A stretch of 64,000 nt of DNA from Podarcis liolepis (taxonomy: Eukaryota). The notes below the pieces were generated by a model that was not told the DNA's origin, searched no databases, and worked only from the letters and a program-made list of their open reading frames with translations. Location: assembly GCA_965112155.1 (NCBI GenBank), contig OZ218113.1. One strand, 5' to 3'. The position numbers and the translations under genes are program-made. Each line of letters starts with the position of its first letter. Position 1 is the first letter of the stretch. Positions 48,649 to 62,600 of the stretch are shown piece by piece.

Positions 48649-51600
48649 ATGGCGACTTTGGCTTTCGCCTTGGCCAGAGTTGGGCTGCGGAAGGGGCCGT
48701 TGCTGGGAGGATGGCGGCAGCGACTCTTGACGGCGGCTCACACGGTAAGGGGACTCCAGCACAACTTGAGGGAGGGAGCGGGGGGCCATGGAAGGAAGCG
48801 GCTAGGGATTGGGTTGCGAGACGGGCGCCGCCGCTGCTTCAGGGCACGGACAGAAATACAGCGGGTAGAGCTTCCTCTCCAAAAGAAAAGGGCATTTTCG
48901 GGCTTTGCAAATCCGTGTTTGCTCTGCATTGTGTAAAAAATGAGCGGTGAGGGTAGTGGTTTTTATTTTATTTGACATCATCTGGGATACTGAGTAGGGT
49001 CTTCGCAGTGGGAGCCCTGCTCTCCCAAATAGCTTGGCTATTAGAATGGACTAATGGGAATTGTAAGCCAGCAACATCTGGTGGGGTGTAGGCTCCTGAC
49101 CAATACTTCATAGACTATTATCCCTATTTGTTTACTCTACAAGGAGGTCAGGATGGTAGACGTGGACATCTTCCTATCTCTTCCTTGCCTCATTTTTTAT
49201 TCTTCTGGGGTGCTTGTTAGGCAGAGTGGCTCAAGTTGAATTTTGTGATTGAATAAGTATGTGAACTCAGGTCAGTTGCATTTAGCAGAGTGACTGTGGA
49301 ACCATTGGAAGTTTTTAAAATAATATGCTTCAAATGTATATAGTGATGGAGAGAAATAGCAAACACTAGCAGTACTTGCCCCCAGAATCCATGCATGGCC
49401 CCACATCATATAAATTTGGAGTGTGCTGGGCTGATTCTCCCAAACCAGCTTCTAACTGACTGTTCCAAAACTAACCTTGTTTTTCCAATCTCCATCTGCA
49501 GTGAGTGGCTGTAGCAATGTAAACTACCGGTATTGCCTAGAGGAGGGCCAGGTTTTGTTCAGCCAAGGGCAGGGTTCTTTCCGGATCTGGAGCCAATAAG
49601 CACGCCAGTGGATGAAGAATAAGCAATGCTTTATTTGCGTAAGGTTAACAGATAGCAGCAGGCGTACAAAACACAAATTATAGCATACCAGACAGGAGTC
49701 ACACACAATCTCCCCTTCAGCTGCCCAGAACTCCAGGTAGAGCAGCAAGAGAGACCCCGGCTGACACACTCACAGCATCTGGTACCTCAATCTGTGAAGA
49801 AGCTCACTGAGCCCCTTCAGCCTACAGCTTTTATAGCCAACTTTGATTTGATTGATTGCACCTGGTTAGCAGGCATCACTCATGACCAGCCCGGGACACC
49901 GGGTGTGACTAATGTGGAGCAGCTGAGTCTCCAACTCAATTCACTGCAACTGGGTATCCTCCCCACTAGCCAATCAGCACTTAGAACACAGGGGACCCAG
50001 GAAACTCCTGACACAGGTGTGTGAAAAACAAATTATACTATCATGAATCAGCAAACCTTAAACCGGGGATGTAAAAGGGAAGGAGACATGTCATCTAACT
50101 CCTCAAAATTACAATGGTCTTCTGCATTTCCCCTACAGGGTGGGTGCTTCCTTGCTGAAGGTCTTCAAACAGTGGCTAGGAAGCCATCTTTTAGGGCAAG
50201 CTGTTGAGTGATGTTCTAACTCTGGATTTCCCTATCAAGCAGGAGGTTGAATTAGGTGGCCTTGCAAGATCTCCTTCAAACATTGTGCCTATTCTGTCTG
50301 GTCAAAATGGTTCAATAAGACTTATAAAAAATGTTTTAGGAGCATTTAGTTTTAGTTCCCCCTGTTAGCATATGATTCTCATTCTCCATAGCTGAAGTGA
50401 TTTCTCTCTGACAAATTTATCTCTGCCATTATTATAGCAGAAAAATAGTAACGATATTCCCAAGCAAAATTCTTGTAAGTTGACTAACGTTTTTCTGTTT
50501 CAGAGGCAAGCTTCAGCAGAAACCAGCTCTGCAGAACAAAAATATCCAGGGATTATTGAATCTACTAATGAATATAGGTTTGTGGAGAGACTTATACCTC
50601 CCTCTCGAGTACCAGTACCCCCGAAACATGACAGTTATCCCACCCCTTCTGGATGGAGCCCACCTCAAGGTAAAATACAGGGGAAGGGGTAATTTGATTG
50701 CTCTAAATAGTTCAGAGTCTTAGGTAAGGGCCCAATTAGACTCACGAGACCATTTTGGCCCAACCAGGTCCAACTGTCCTGTCCCTGGCATCATTTATGG
50801 CATCATGTGTGGGGTTGGTGAAGACCTGGCTAAGCTGAACGAGGGTTTGCAGGCACCACAGATCAGGCTGTTTGGTCTGGTTTGCAAAGGTCTCAGCAAG
50901 AACCGTGTGGTCAAAAGTCATCTTGATGTCAGAGAAAGGGTCATAGCTCACTGGTAGAGCATCTTCTTTAACTGCAGACGGTTCAAGGTTCAATTCCCAG
51001 TGGTATCTCCAGGTAGGCCTGGGAGAGTTCTTACTGAAATCTCGGAGAGCAACTCAGTGTAGACAGTAGTGAACAAGATGGACTGACTTCATATACAGCT
51101 GCATCCACCTGCCAAACTTGACCTGTGATAGGTGAGGGAGATAGCGAGATGCAGTTGCCCACCCTTAGCTTTTGAATGGAAGGGGTACCTGAAAGAGTTT
51201 GTACATGTAGTATCCTTTCGGCACCCTAGGAAGTAAAGTTTGAACTAGATACAGAAGGCAGCAGAAAGCACATTGCACCATTCTGTCACTGGAGATAAGC
51301 AAGTCTGGCACTAGTAGGTGCCTGTACATGACAGTTCATTTATTGCACAAGGTATAAACCTTTTAAGTCAGTATTTCTACCTGCTTCTGATTCACATCAC
51401 CCCTTTCCCTTATTCTCTTGCTAGAACCTCAAGATGTTTTGTGGCTTTAATTAATTACACAAATTAGGAATGTTTATAAAATTAGTGGAGGGTTGGAGGA
51501 GGAAGGGGGGGCAAGTATACCCAGCTCTCTGCTTTGTGCTTTGATTTAGTTATATAAATGTGACCATCTGTAGATCCACACATTTTGCTTTCTCCTACAC

Positions 51601-52481
51601 TAGACCCACCTCCTGACCTTCCTTATTTTGTAAGGAGGTCGCGAATGCACAATATCCCAGTTTACACAGATACTACCTTCAGAGGCTGCAGGAAGATGAC
51701 GGTCATCAGAAAGATTGAAGGCGATATTTGGGTAGGTGTTATTCACATTGCATACTGCACCCCGTTGGTTTTTCTTATACTAGGATGACAAAATAAGTGG
51801 ATTATCTATGGATAAAAAGGTAAAGGGACCCCTGACCATTAGGTCCAGTTATGGCCGACTCTTGGGGTTGCGGTGCTCATCTCGCTTTATTGGCCGAGAG
51901 AGCTGGCGTACAGCTTCTGGGTCATGTGTCCAGCATGACTAATCCGCTTCTGGCGAACCAGAGCAACGCATGGAAATGCAGTTTACCTTCCCACCGGAGC
52001 AGTACCTATTTATCTACTTGCACTTTGACGTGCTTTCGAACTGCTAGGTTGGCAGGAGCAGGGACCGAGCAACGGGAGCTCACCCCGTTGCGCGGATTCA
52101 AACTGCCGACCTTCTGATCAGCAAGTCCTAGGCTCTGTGGTTTAACCCACAGCGCCATCCGATCTATGGATAGTTCCAGGTTAATCCGGAGCAAGTGGCT
52201 GTGATCTTATTGGTAGCAGAGAGTTGAGGATTGTTTAACAACTACAACAGTGGCTGTACTGTTCTTAGCTAGTGATTAGGAAATTGAGGTGGGTTAATCA
52301 TGCTACTTTCTGACCTTTTTTCATTTCCCCCCAGGCCCTTGAAAATGAAGTGAAGGAATTCATCACACAGCTGTCTGGGCGGACAGCAGTCACCCAAGTG
52401 AATGAAGTTTCCTGCATGATTCGCGTCAAGGGATTTTTTGAGCAGGAATTAAAAAAGTGGCTGTTGGACAAAGGCTTTTAA
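48649..52481 (+). CDS. MRPL49: Mitochondrial ribosomal protein mL49, 178 aa; exons 48649-48744, 50504-50669, 51604-51731, 52335-52481
   Basis: Arg-rich presequence, then [56 protein letters not shown] and WLLDKGF*. Exons total 537 nt in frame, head-to-head with FAU. Confidence 0.96.
49510..50113 (-). mobile_element. Probable solo LTR in MRPL49 intron 1
   Basis: TGTA...TACA termini. On the minus strand a TATAAAA (49829-49835) precedes an AATAAA (49630-49635). The flanks GTGGC/ATGGT form a degenerate TSD. Confidence 0.6.
51817..52160. mobile_element. Sauria SINE
   Basis: Same family as 30963-31285 and 36604-36920. Confidence 0.85.
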
Positions 52482-53664
52482 ATAAATGAGAGATATTCTC
52501 ACTAGTTTTTTATCTTCTTGTAAGGTCCACTTTTCTAATAATGTTGATCAGTAGGATGGGAGTAATGCGCGGGGGGGGGGGGGATTATTTAGGCCTAGAG
52601 GTTTGCATTTGTACTGCAGGAAACAAACGGCTCTTTCAAGTGTGCTGAGCAAGCATAGCCTAAACATTTTCTACTTTCGGCCAAGTGGAACTTCTAGATG
52701 CCTGCCATAGAGTTCCTTGTTAGGGAAGAGCACTTTTGCTAAAGAACCTGATTTTGCTGGATTATTCTGCCTGGCTTTATTCTTCTAAGGTGAGCAATTA
52801 GGTTTTAGAACCAATTGTCAAACTTAGTCTTCTTCCAGAGCAAATGATCCCTTGTACACAATTCCTGATCCAGGGGGGGTTGTTGAATAAACAGTTCTAG
52901 CCCATCTAGTTGCAGAGTTGAGTTTGAATGAGAAGACTGCAGCAATCATTGCCTGTTCCTACACTGTTAAATAAAGTAACCAGGCGAGCAGAACTTGTAT
53001 TACAAGTAGAAATAAAAGAAAAGCCACAAATTTGGCTAAGCACTATGCCAACCCATACTAGAATAACCCCCTGAGCACTCCCCTCTCGCAGCAAAATGGA
53101 GGATAGTAAAGACATGGTAATGAATTCCTGTTTATGTACAGTTAACAACACATGAAATGTACAGGAGAAAAAGTTTACAAAAAAAAGGAGGACTCATTTT
53201 AACAGACACTAATTCTGCCTCGTGAAGCCTGCTAAGAGAATCCCGCGGCAGACAAGACGTAGTCCTTGGTCACTCCATCATCCAAAGGGTCTCCAAGGAG
53301 GACTGTGGCAACCTCCCTTGTGTGGTAAACAACAGCAGCTCTGCATGGAATATGTGATTTCAGATCCTCCACGTCTAAGAAGTGTCAACATATTCCCCTG
53401 AATCGTGGAAACATGAAAATTGTGGCTCGTAATAGGTGGTGGGGCAGCTCAGTACATATAAAGCTTTTGTGGGGAGGGAGAATCAGTTTTTCAGATGGAG
53501 ACAGTTAAGTTTCTCTACAGCTGCTCAGAGAGGAGGAGGCAGCAGCAGCAGCAGCAGCAGCTACAGGTCATGTCTGGACTTCATGTTGCTTCTATATGTG
53601 GGCCAAAAAGCTGCAGCTGCCACTCAGTCTCACGGATGCTGTGGGCATCTTGGGCCAATCAGTT

Positions 53665-56600
53665 TCAGGTCTGTTGGTAATACTGATTGTAGTTCCATGT
53701 GTTCTGGTACCCATAGCCACTATAGTTCTGCAAACAGAGTAGATAAAAAATGAAGCAAATAAATTTATTTATTTCAATTTTGCCAAGCGGCTTTAAATAA
53801 ATTACATTATTTATTTTGCGGACAGCCTTCCTTCCGTCCCCCACAACAGCAAAAAGTTCCATGGAATGCTTGTTCACACAGAATGCTTGGCTCAACAGGC
53901 CTAAGCTAAGCTGCCTACTCAAACTGGCCCAAATTAACTCTTCAACTGGGTTATGCAAACCACCTAGCTGGCTCAAATCAAAAAGCTACCTCAGTAATGT
54001 GTGTATTACCTGTCAAGCTAACTAGGAACCGGTCCCAAGAATCTGTTTCAGCCACCTCTGCTATGTCTATATACTCATTCTAGAAGCCTCTCGCAACTCA
54101 CCTGGTACCAAGTGTTATAGTTATAAGCTCCTGTTGTGCTGCTGTTGCTCACATCTGCTGCCATCAAAGGGGTGATGCCTGTTGTTGCAACTGCAAGGCT
54201 GCCGCCTCCTGCAGCTGCAGCAGCATCCTCAAGTCTCATCCTTTTTTCATCGGCCTCCTCAGCACTGCATGGAAGTTTTAAAAAGGGCAGTCAGCATCCT
54301 GGAGGGGAGTGGGCATCTCTGGCTGCCCTAGAGGCCTGACTTAGCAGTGGCAGTCAGGAATGTAATATGTGCATTAGGGGACTGGTCTTCAGCTGGTATT
54401 TCAGGACCTCATGCTGGGTCACAGCAACATAACTAACACTAATGTCTATGATGCCACAGACACCCTCCCCCTAAGATCTTAAGGGGGGGAGAGAGAAATA
54501 ACCAATGGCTTTTAAGACTGTAAAGAAGGTGCACAGAGAGATGTCTCAGCCAGGAAACATCACTAAATCCACTCGTTATGAGGGAGGGGCCCAAGTCTAT
54601 AGAAAACCTTGGCATGCCTAAAAAGCAGTGGGAAGAAACCTTGGAACAGTTAAACGGACAGTACAAAGCTCACACAATGGTGAGCTTCTATAAAGCCTGG
54701 GTTTTTATTTTGCAGAAGAGCAAGAAGGAAGTTTGAGGGAACAGAATTGGCAAATAAAGCTAAGTGGGGTGGGCCTGTGACAAAAACACAAATAAGATAA
54801 GATGCCCTGGTGGCACAATCTCCACCCTGATCTCCTTCAACACTGCAGGGTTTTTTTGCATGACTGGGTCAGGTTGTTTTTTTTTAAAGTTAACCATTTT
54901 AAAAAGGAAAGAAACCCTGAACCCCTGAGTGAGGGAAAGTGTCATGTAGGGAAAACACAGTACTTCTGAACCATTTAAATCATATGAATTATCAGCACAA
55001 CAGAGCTCTAGGAGAGACCAGTACTGTTATCCCCATACTGCAAGTGAGGGAACCGAGGCAGAGAACTGTGGCTGGCCTTAGGTCATCTTGTGAGTTCAAG
55101 GCAGAGGTGAGATTGGAAGCAGGGTCCTGTGCCAGACTAGCTTTCACAGTAGACATGCAGCCCAAACTTAATCCATCGTACGAAGTACATTGTACCGATT
55201 TCAACAAAAGTCCCCCTAAAGTACACGTGCAGAGGTCCACAGCCTCAGTGAGGAAGACTGTGTTGGTCACCTCCTCCTCCTAAACAGACAACAGAGGCCA
55301 AACAAAGGCCAAGGACCTCAGTGGCCAAGGAGTTCCTCACCCATTCTCCAGGAGCCTCTTCCTCATCACTTGCTGGTTCAGTAGTTTCTGATGCTCGTCG
55401 TACGATGTCAGTAAGCTGCCAATGCAAAAAGGAGAAGAAATATTGGGAGAGAAAAAAGCTCTGTTGGCACATGGCTGTCATGAACTGGACAGACAAAAGC
55501 CTGCAAGTCTGGCCCCCTTTCACTGTACTCCTCTCTTTGTTACCTGTTGATGCTGGACCCAAAGTCCTCAAGAAACTCCACCCTCCGCTGGGAGAATATA
55601 ATCTTGGTCTCCAGAGGGAGACCGCTGGTCAGGGCTCGGTCGAAGCTACTCATGGTGTTGCCCTCATTTTGCCGGACGTCAGCACTGAACTCCATTTCTA
55701 ACAGATTGGCGTAGAGCTTGGCATTGTCCTGCATCAAAGGAAAATGCAGCAGAAAACATCACTCAGAAAAGTTGGGGACAAAACTTGGAAGGAAAGAATC
55801 CAGACCATCTCTGTCTTTGTGTTCAGCGCAAAGGAAAACCTGCAGCTCAAAATAAAGGGTTGGCAAAAATTGGCCAGCATTACGGTAAGTCTATCTAGGT
55901 GGTCCCAAGGAAAAAATTAGGGATCCTGTAGAAAATGCTTTTTTATTCCTCTTAAGACAGCCAGGATAGGCAAAGGCAAGCAGAACTGAGCTTTGCTTTG
56001 ACCTTGAATTAATGTCAACTAAGGGACTGGCTCTTCTGGATAGAATCCAGAAGAGACCTGCAATTAGAAACACCATGTTTTCCCCTTGGTATCCACTCTT
56101 GAGAACAGAGCATTTTAGAGCTAGCTATCTAACCAAACTCTCATCAGCTTCCTTAAGAAATGCCTTTATTGAGCTGCGTTTCCAAGTAATGCCTCCTGTA
56201 GGATGCAAGCAGTTCACTGCTGTTCAAAATTTCACACTTGAATGATGCAAGGAGGAAGCTTCAGCTATGAAGCTCCAGAACTTTGTGCATGACTGAGTGG
56301 GCTGAAACTTTTAACATTTTCAAGAAAGATTAGATACATTGAGGGCTGATCTGCACTTCCCACCTCAAAGAGGAATAATTGCAGGAAGAGGCAGCTGTTT
56401 ACACATACAGCAATGGCAGACATGCGGTAATAAGCCCCACCACACTTCTCTTGGTGGCTCTAGGAGGTCCCAGGGACCCCCAAGGAGGGTGTGCACACAT
56501 GACCATGCGCAACACTGACAACCAGACTTCTAGAAAGCCACACTCAAATCTATCTCAAATCTCTGAAATGCTGTGCAAAGCGGAATCAGAGAAGTTGAAA

Positions 56601-59600
56601 ACTATACCAGTCCCTCACTTTTGGATGCCGACCTTCAAGGTCCCCATCTTCCCACTCCCCCTTAGCAAACGCCCAGTATTTTTTACCGGATCCTTCTCCA
56701 GTGCCTCCAAGAGTATCTTCCGGGCTTTGATCAGGTTCTTCTGCACTTTCAGAACCTGCCGGGCTAGTTTGACAGAATAGAAGGAAGAGACGGGCATCCC
56801 CTCGTTCTCCCGGATGGCTTCCATCAGGAGGGCCTCCGCCGCTTCCATGTTCCCCAACCGGCGCTCCAGGCTCACCCGCCGCAAACGCACCATGGCCAGC
56901 CCAGGCACACAGTCCTCAAAAGACTTCAGGATGCGCCGGGCTTCCTCCACCTCTCCTGCATGGGGGGGGGGGGCAGAGTGAAAACACCTGCATTCGCTGT
57001 GCTGAGAGCTTAGAAGAGCCGAGTTCAAATTACTATCCTCCAAGAATCCGTGACAACTTCAGCAAGGACAACGAACAGGCATCCTCCTGGCCATTCGGAG
57101 ATCTTCCCCACTGCCCTGGCCCCTCCTGGCCCAGTTCCTCTGGAGTTGAAGGGAGTGAACTGTGTACCATTCACCCCCCACCCTGCCTATGTCAGCTGCC
57201 TCTGGGAATCTCAACAAATATCCTACAATGGGTTGCATCCAAAGCAGTGTCCCACCAGCACAAAGATTTCCGCTTGTGCAACAGGACTTCGCCCCACACC
57301 CCTTCCTTCTGTTCTAGGGGTTCCCCCAACTGCCTAGAGCAGATTTTGAGGGGAACATGTGTGGGAGGAGTCCTGTTGTGCAAGTGGAAATGTTTACACT
57401 TACAATGTCTCTTTCATGGCACACCATCTGGACATTGACAAAAAACCTAATATTTCAATCTTTTCAAGTTCAGTAGAAATGTTTGGCTGGTGAAGAATTC
57501 TGTGAACCCTGAAAGGCAACCCCTGGCCTAGGCAGCTTACGGCTGATCAACAGAAGATTTTAGCAGCATGGGACGAGCAGCTCCTTGGGCTAGAAAACTG
57601 AGGGGGCTGGCAAGGCAGTGCACCTTATTCTCCTCACCTTGTTTCTCCTCAAAGGCTGCCCAGAGGAGGTGGATGTTGGGCTTCCGAGGGAGGTGATAGC
57701 AGCAAGCTCGCTGGAAGACGTTCCTGGCCCCAGCTACACTGTGGTTCTCGAGGTACCTTGTGTACTGGATGGAGAGGAAAAGGGAACAGAAGAAGCAGAG
57801 GGTGGTATGAAAAGCAGCTTGGATGCACACCTGCGATGGCAGCTCTGGTCAGAAGGAGCTTAACCCAAAGAGATCACATTCTGTCACTGTGTTATTGAAA
57901 AAGCCAGTGCTAATTTTTTGCCCCATCATGGCAAAGCTGTTGCTTGCCTCCTCCTGTGTGGGGACCATGGGGACACCCACAGCGAGACAATGTGCACTTT
58001 CTGGAGGAGGAGGCCTAACGAAACAAGAGGCTGTTCATAAAGGGAGGAGTTTAAACCACAGCCTCTGGGACTGCCTGAAGGGCAGAGAAGGAGCCGCTCC
58101 CCTCCTCTGCATGGGGCAGTCCGGGGGCATTCAGGGGAGGAAGCACATCTTGCCAACACACACCTTGATCCAGAACTCCTCATACAGGGCGCAGGCAATG
58201 ACGCAGCGCTCAAAGAGCACGATGGTGCGCTCGTGTGAGCCGCTGGCAATCTCGAAGTCCAGGTAGTCCCGCCAGTTCCGCAGCTGGGCTCTCTCCAGCG
58301 GCTTTACGTGGAAGTAGGGCCTCTTGATCTAAAACAAAAGGAGGGGAGGGGGAAGGAGCTCAACCGGAGAGGCAAAAGGAAAGCAGGGAGATAAATTCCC
58401 CAATCCTGTTGGGGCTGAAGTCCAGAGAGAGGGGAACATTGCACATTTTTCTGGCTGACCCAAGACAGGCAAGGAATGGAGAGCACTGGCATCGGTGCAC
58501 GTCAGCACTTCAGCCTCAAAGCAAAAGCTCTATGTCACACTGGCAGGGCACAGGATCCATCCCCCAGCTCCGCCATATGCAGCCTATTTGGCAATTCAGG
58601 CCTACAGAAGCACTCTGCCATCCGTCACCCCTTTTGGCTTTGCATGAGCCCTGGACAACTTTTCCAAGCATAAACCTCACAAGGCAGGGGGAGGAGCCTC
58701 ACAGTGTCTGGCTGTCAAGCAAGTGAACCCCAAGCTAACAGGAGAAAGGCCCAAAGTGGCAACACAGGCAGGCCTGGCTTTTGAAGCTTCTCAGGCTCAT
58801 TCCGCAGCCTTAAAGGCAAGAAGCCAAGTGGCTTGTCTTTTAGAAGCAGGGAAGAACTGAGCAGAGCTGCTTCTCTCACATAACCACAGCAGAGAGACTG
58901 ACAGCTGCTAGCCAGGTTCTTAGAAAAAGTTAAAGCCCTAGATAGAAAGCACTGACCAAACAGCGGCTCAGCTATACAAACCCCTTCTTCAAAATTCCAG
59001 CGCTTGCTGACTTCGCTCTCATTCTGGGTGTAGATATGCTGGCGAATAGAAATCACAAGCTCCCGGATCCTGTCCTGGTCCAGAGGTCCCTGAAATCCAA
59101 GAGCACAGCTCAGCCACTGGTCGCGCAAGGCATGGAAGCACTCAAGAAAGAGCCTTAAGAGAGCCTAAATGCACATGGGAAGCTCACGAACAAACCGCGA
59201 GATGTGAACCACAGCAGCCATTTTGTTCCCATCACCAGACACTTAAATGGCATACTGCCTCTAAGGATGGAAGCTCTCTTTCTACCCACTCTTTCTCTTT
59301 CATTGTGGAATAGTGTAATCAGTGTGCAGAGCCCAGGAAGCCCCGCCCCCCAAGTACCAGAGAAAGCGAAACAGCCAGCCACACTGGTACCCACCAGCAC
59401 TTGGCTCCCTTCCACCATCTCCTGCTTGGCTTCTGTCTTCAGTGGGACGTCCTCTCCAGGCGGAGCCTCCTCGGCCTCCATTTCGGTGGCCTTGGCCACT
59501 GTCTCAGAGGCCATCTTCGACTGCAGCCACAGCAGCTCCTCCGTGGAGAGAATCTCTCTGGGGGGATGGCTGGTCACATGCTCCTTGAACCTGCGTTAAG

Positions 59601-62600
59601 GGAAGAGAAAGACAATCCTGTTCTTTGAGAGAAAGGTGGAGCAGGCAAGGCAAGGCCCACTCTGGAGCAAAGGGGGAGTTTGGATGCTGCAGAGAACTGG
59701 GGAGGGGACAGTGGTCTGGTACTGTGCCAACAACAGAATGGTGCCCCACAGCAGCTAATAATACTAAACACTGATTCAAGACCTTAAGCTGACGATGCCA
59801 TAGATGTTATCTCAGTAAAACCTTTACCACAAGACTGTTAAGGGAAGTCAGAAGGATTAGACCCCTAAGGCAGCGTTGGAAGGGGGAAGAGTGGGGAAGG
59901 GAAACAGAGCAACATACCTAAGCCCGTCACATGAATTACATTTTCAGTATTTACAGCACAGCAGGAAACTTCCCTTACAAAATATCAGAGATATCCAATC
60001 ACATCCACAAATATCTAGTCTCTAAAGGACAGTCACGTCTGCAAGTCTTTTCACAACCTTTAACTGAATTCTGGGTGCACCCGCTGCAGATAACACCACT
60101 TTATAAGCCAGCACCTTCACAGCTTTGCTCAGGAAAAAACAGAGCCTGCAGATCATTCTCTCTGGCGTTCCTGGCTGAGGGACTTCCTTATTCCCCCCAT
60201 CTCGGTTACATGAACTCTCTCAGGAGATGGGACCTGGGAGGCAGGAAGTGTCTGGGTGGCCTCTCGCCCTCCACCCCATTCCCTAATCTGTATTATGGGT
60301 ATATTTTGGCAGTGCCAGCTGTGCATGTGGAAGACACACTCAGCCAATGAAGTTAAATGGGTGTGGCCACTGAGAAATCATTTCGCGGCACAACACAGCC
60401 TACCTCACAGGGCTACTGTGAAGACAGAGAATGAAAGTGCCATGTTGCATAGTGATTCCTAAGGTGCTTTCCAATTCCATGACTTCAAATGCTGATAAAA
60501 GTTTGAAATACATCCATCTTGACGGACAGGTTGAGTTGTGCAAACTGTGAAGCGCCCACTTGGTGCAGTAGAGAGGGCTGGTACCAAGAGCGGTGAAAGC
60601 CTGATTCAAATTCCTCAAAAGCCTCACAGGGTGACCTGGAGCCAGCCGCTCTCTCCCACGGCCTAGCCTACCACATAGGGTTGTTCTGAGGATAAAAGTG
60701 GGCAGAGAAGCGGGGGAGAGAGAACCATGTCTGCTACTCTCAGCAAATTGAAAGGAAGGAGGACAAAAGTATAAATCAAGGATGACTGTATCAACAGCAA
60801 AACACGGACAGGGTTCCTTCTTTGGAATTTCCCTCCTTGGGGAGTTATGCAGGTGGGGTGCATCTCTACATCCAGAACTCTCCATCCTGAAGTGCTGCAG
60901 CTGCCCCTGCCTCCTGTGGGCATGTTTAGCCACTTTCCTTCTCACACAAACCAACACCTCACTTGGGAGCCTGAAGCTCTGACACTCACATCACAGCTCT
61001 TGAACAAAGTGTGGAAGCCGCCCCCCCCCCCCGGTAGCCCCCCGCAAGACTTACTTTTCCCAGTGGTGGCTGTACAGCTGGGTGGGGGTGGCCAGCACTC
61101 GGTCATAGATGGCGGTGATGGCCTTCAGGTCCCCTTGCTCCCTCTGCCACTCCACGTACATCTCCCAAAGTTTGTCCGAACGGAAATCCACCCCTGCGGC
61201 CGCCACTGCTGACTCAAAAGTGCTGTGAGGAGCAGAGCACAGCACAGCGAGATGTGATCAGTATTTGAAAATAGGAGCCGTGACAGAATATTGCAGAGTC
61301 GTCCTCTAGGAAACTCCATTCCACCCCCATCCCCACCCGTGTTCTACTTTTCCAGCTGACAGAATATCATGAGTACCTTGCCTGCTCAGTTATGCTGGCC
61401 CTGGAGGTGCTCCTGGAACTCAGCATACACAGGTGGTAAGGAGGCAAGGACACAATTTGTTTGGCCAGTAAGATCTGGAGACCTGCTTGCTATGTATTTC
61501 TCAATATTGCACAAAAGGGGCCATGGCACTCAGCATCCTGAGTCTTGTAGGGAGAACCAGGCTTCCAAATTATCACTTCTCTCTCTCTCTTTCACACAAA
61601 GGGTTACAATAGGAAGTCCCTTCCTCCCTCTGACATGACCTACCCGCAGATTTTCTGAGCTGAATCTGGAAGGTTCATATCCAAGCTGGACTGCAGAAAG
61701 GAGATGTAATGGATCCACAGGTCCATGCTGAGGGGAATGGACTGCAGGCCTCGCTGGAAAACCTGGGGAGCAGCAGCAGTAGCAGAGAAATGATTTGTAA
61801 ATACTTATTCATTTGTAGAGAACTGGGGGAGGAGAGGCCAGGAAGAGTTTTTATTCCCCCCTCCCCATCAACCCCTTGCCCACAATCCTTCACCCTTAAG
61901 ATCTTGGATTCCCTCCTTTCCTCTGAAGCACTAGGGGCTGACTAAACCAGGCACAACATGTTGAGGGAGGAGCTTTTGTCCTTCTGGAGAGATTGAATGC
62001 AAAGCAAAACTCATCCCTGCAGAGTCCACCTACCCCAATTGAAGCTAAGAAGACACCAGACACACAGGCTTTATGCCTTATCCTGTTGCGCGAGGTGGCT
62101 TGGCTCACTTGCAGGAGATACCTGGAGCCTGCCTACTCTGTAGCACCTTTAAGGAGCGTGCAGCTCCCCTATATCTGGGTTGCGGTGGTCTGAACTGGGT
62201 ATGTCCCAGGCGCACGCGCACACACAGAACAGAAGGGAGAGCAGAGGTTCGGAATCCCCTCCTCACCTCCTCAGTCTCCTTGATGAAGTCAAAGCGCCGC
62301 TCCATGTCTGCGTATTTCTTCCAGTAGCCGTAGCAATAAGGGTACCGCAGGAAGAAGCTGTCAAAGGCTTTGCGGGCTGCATAGATGTGATTCTGCCCAA
62401 GTGGGAAAGAGGAAAGAGGTGAAGCTACTACACAAAACACAGCAGGCTACTGTAAATGTGAAGGAAAAGGAGGCACCTGCCTTATTAAAGCTGTTACCTT
62501 TCATCGGGTAAGCCTCACTCCAATTAGGGACAATTAACTTGCGCTTCAACAGTTAACCACACAATTCAATCCAAGCTTGCAGGTGGACCCCTCAGCTTAC

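Noticed and set aside
48085-48936. 283-aa plus-strand ORF across the FAU/MRPL49 promoter
   Set aside because: Only 48649-48744 is MRPL49 exon 1. The rest is stop-poor CpG-island sequence.
50935-51010. tRNA-like sequence with A and B boxes (also at ~10140 and ~4450)
   Set aside because: No cloverleaf acceptor stem, and it continues into a SINE body, so these are SINE heads rather than tRNA genes.
56010-56150. Possible SNORD127-like snoRNA in a PRPF39-like intron (TGATGA at 56146-56141; 11-bp stem at 56031-56055)
   Set aside because: No terminal stem or properly placed CTGA D box, and the guide-like match is only about 6 nt.
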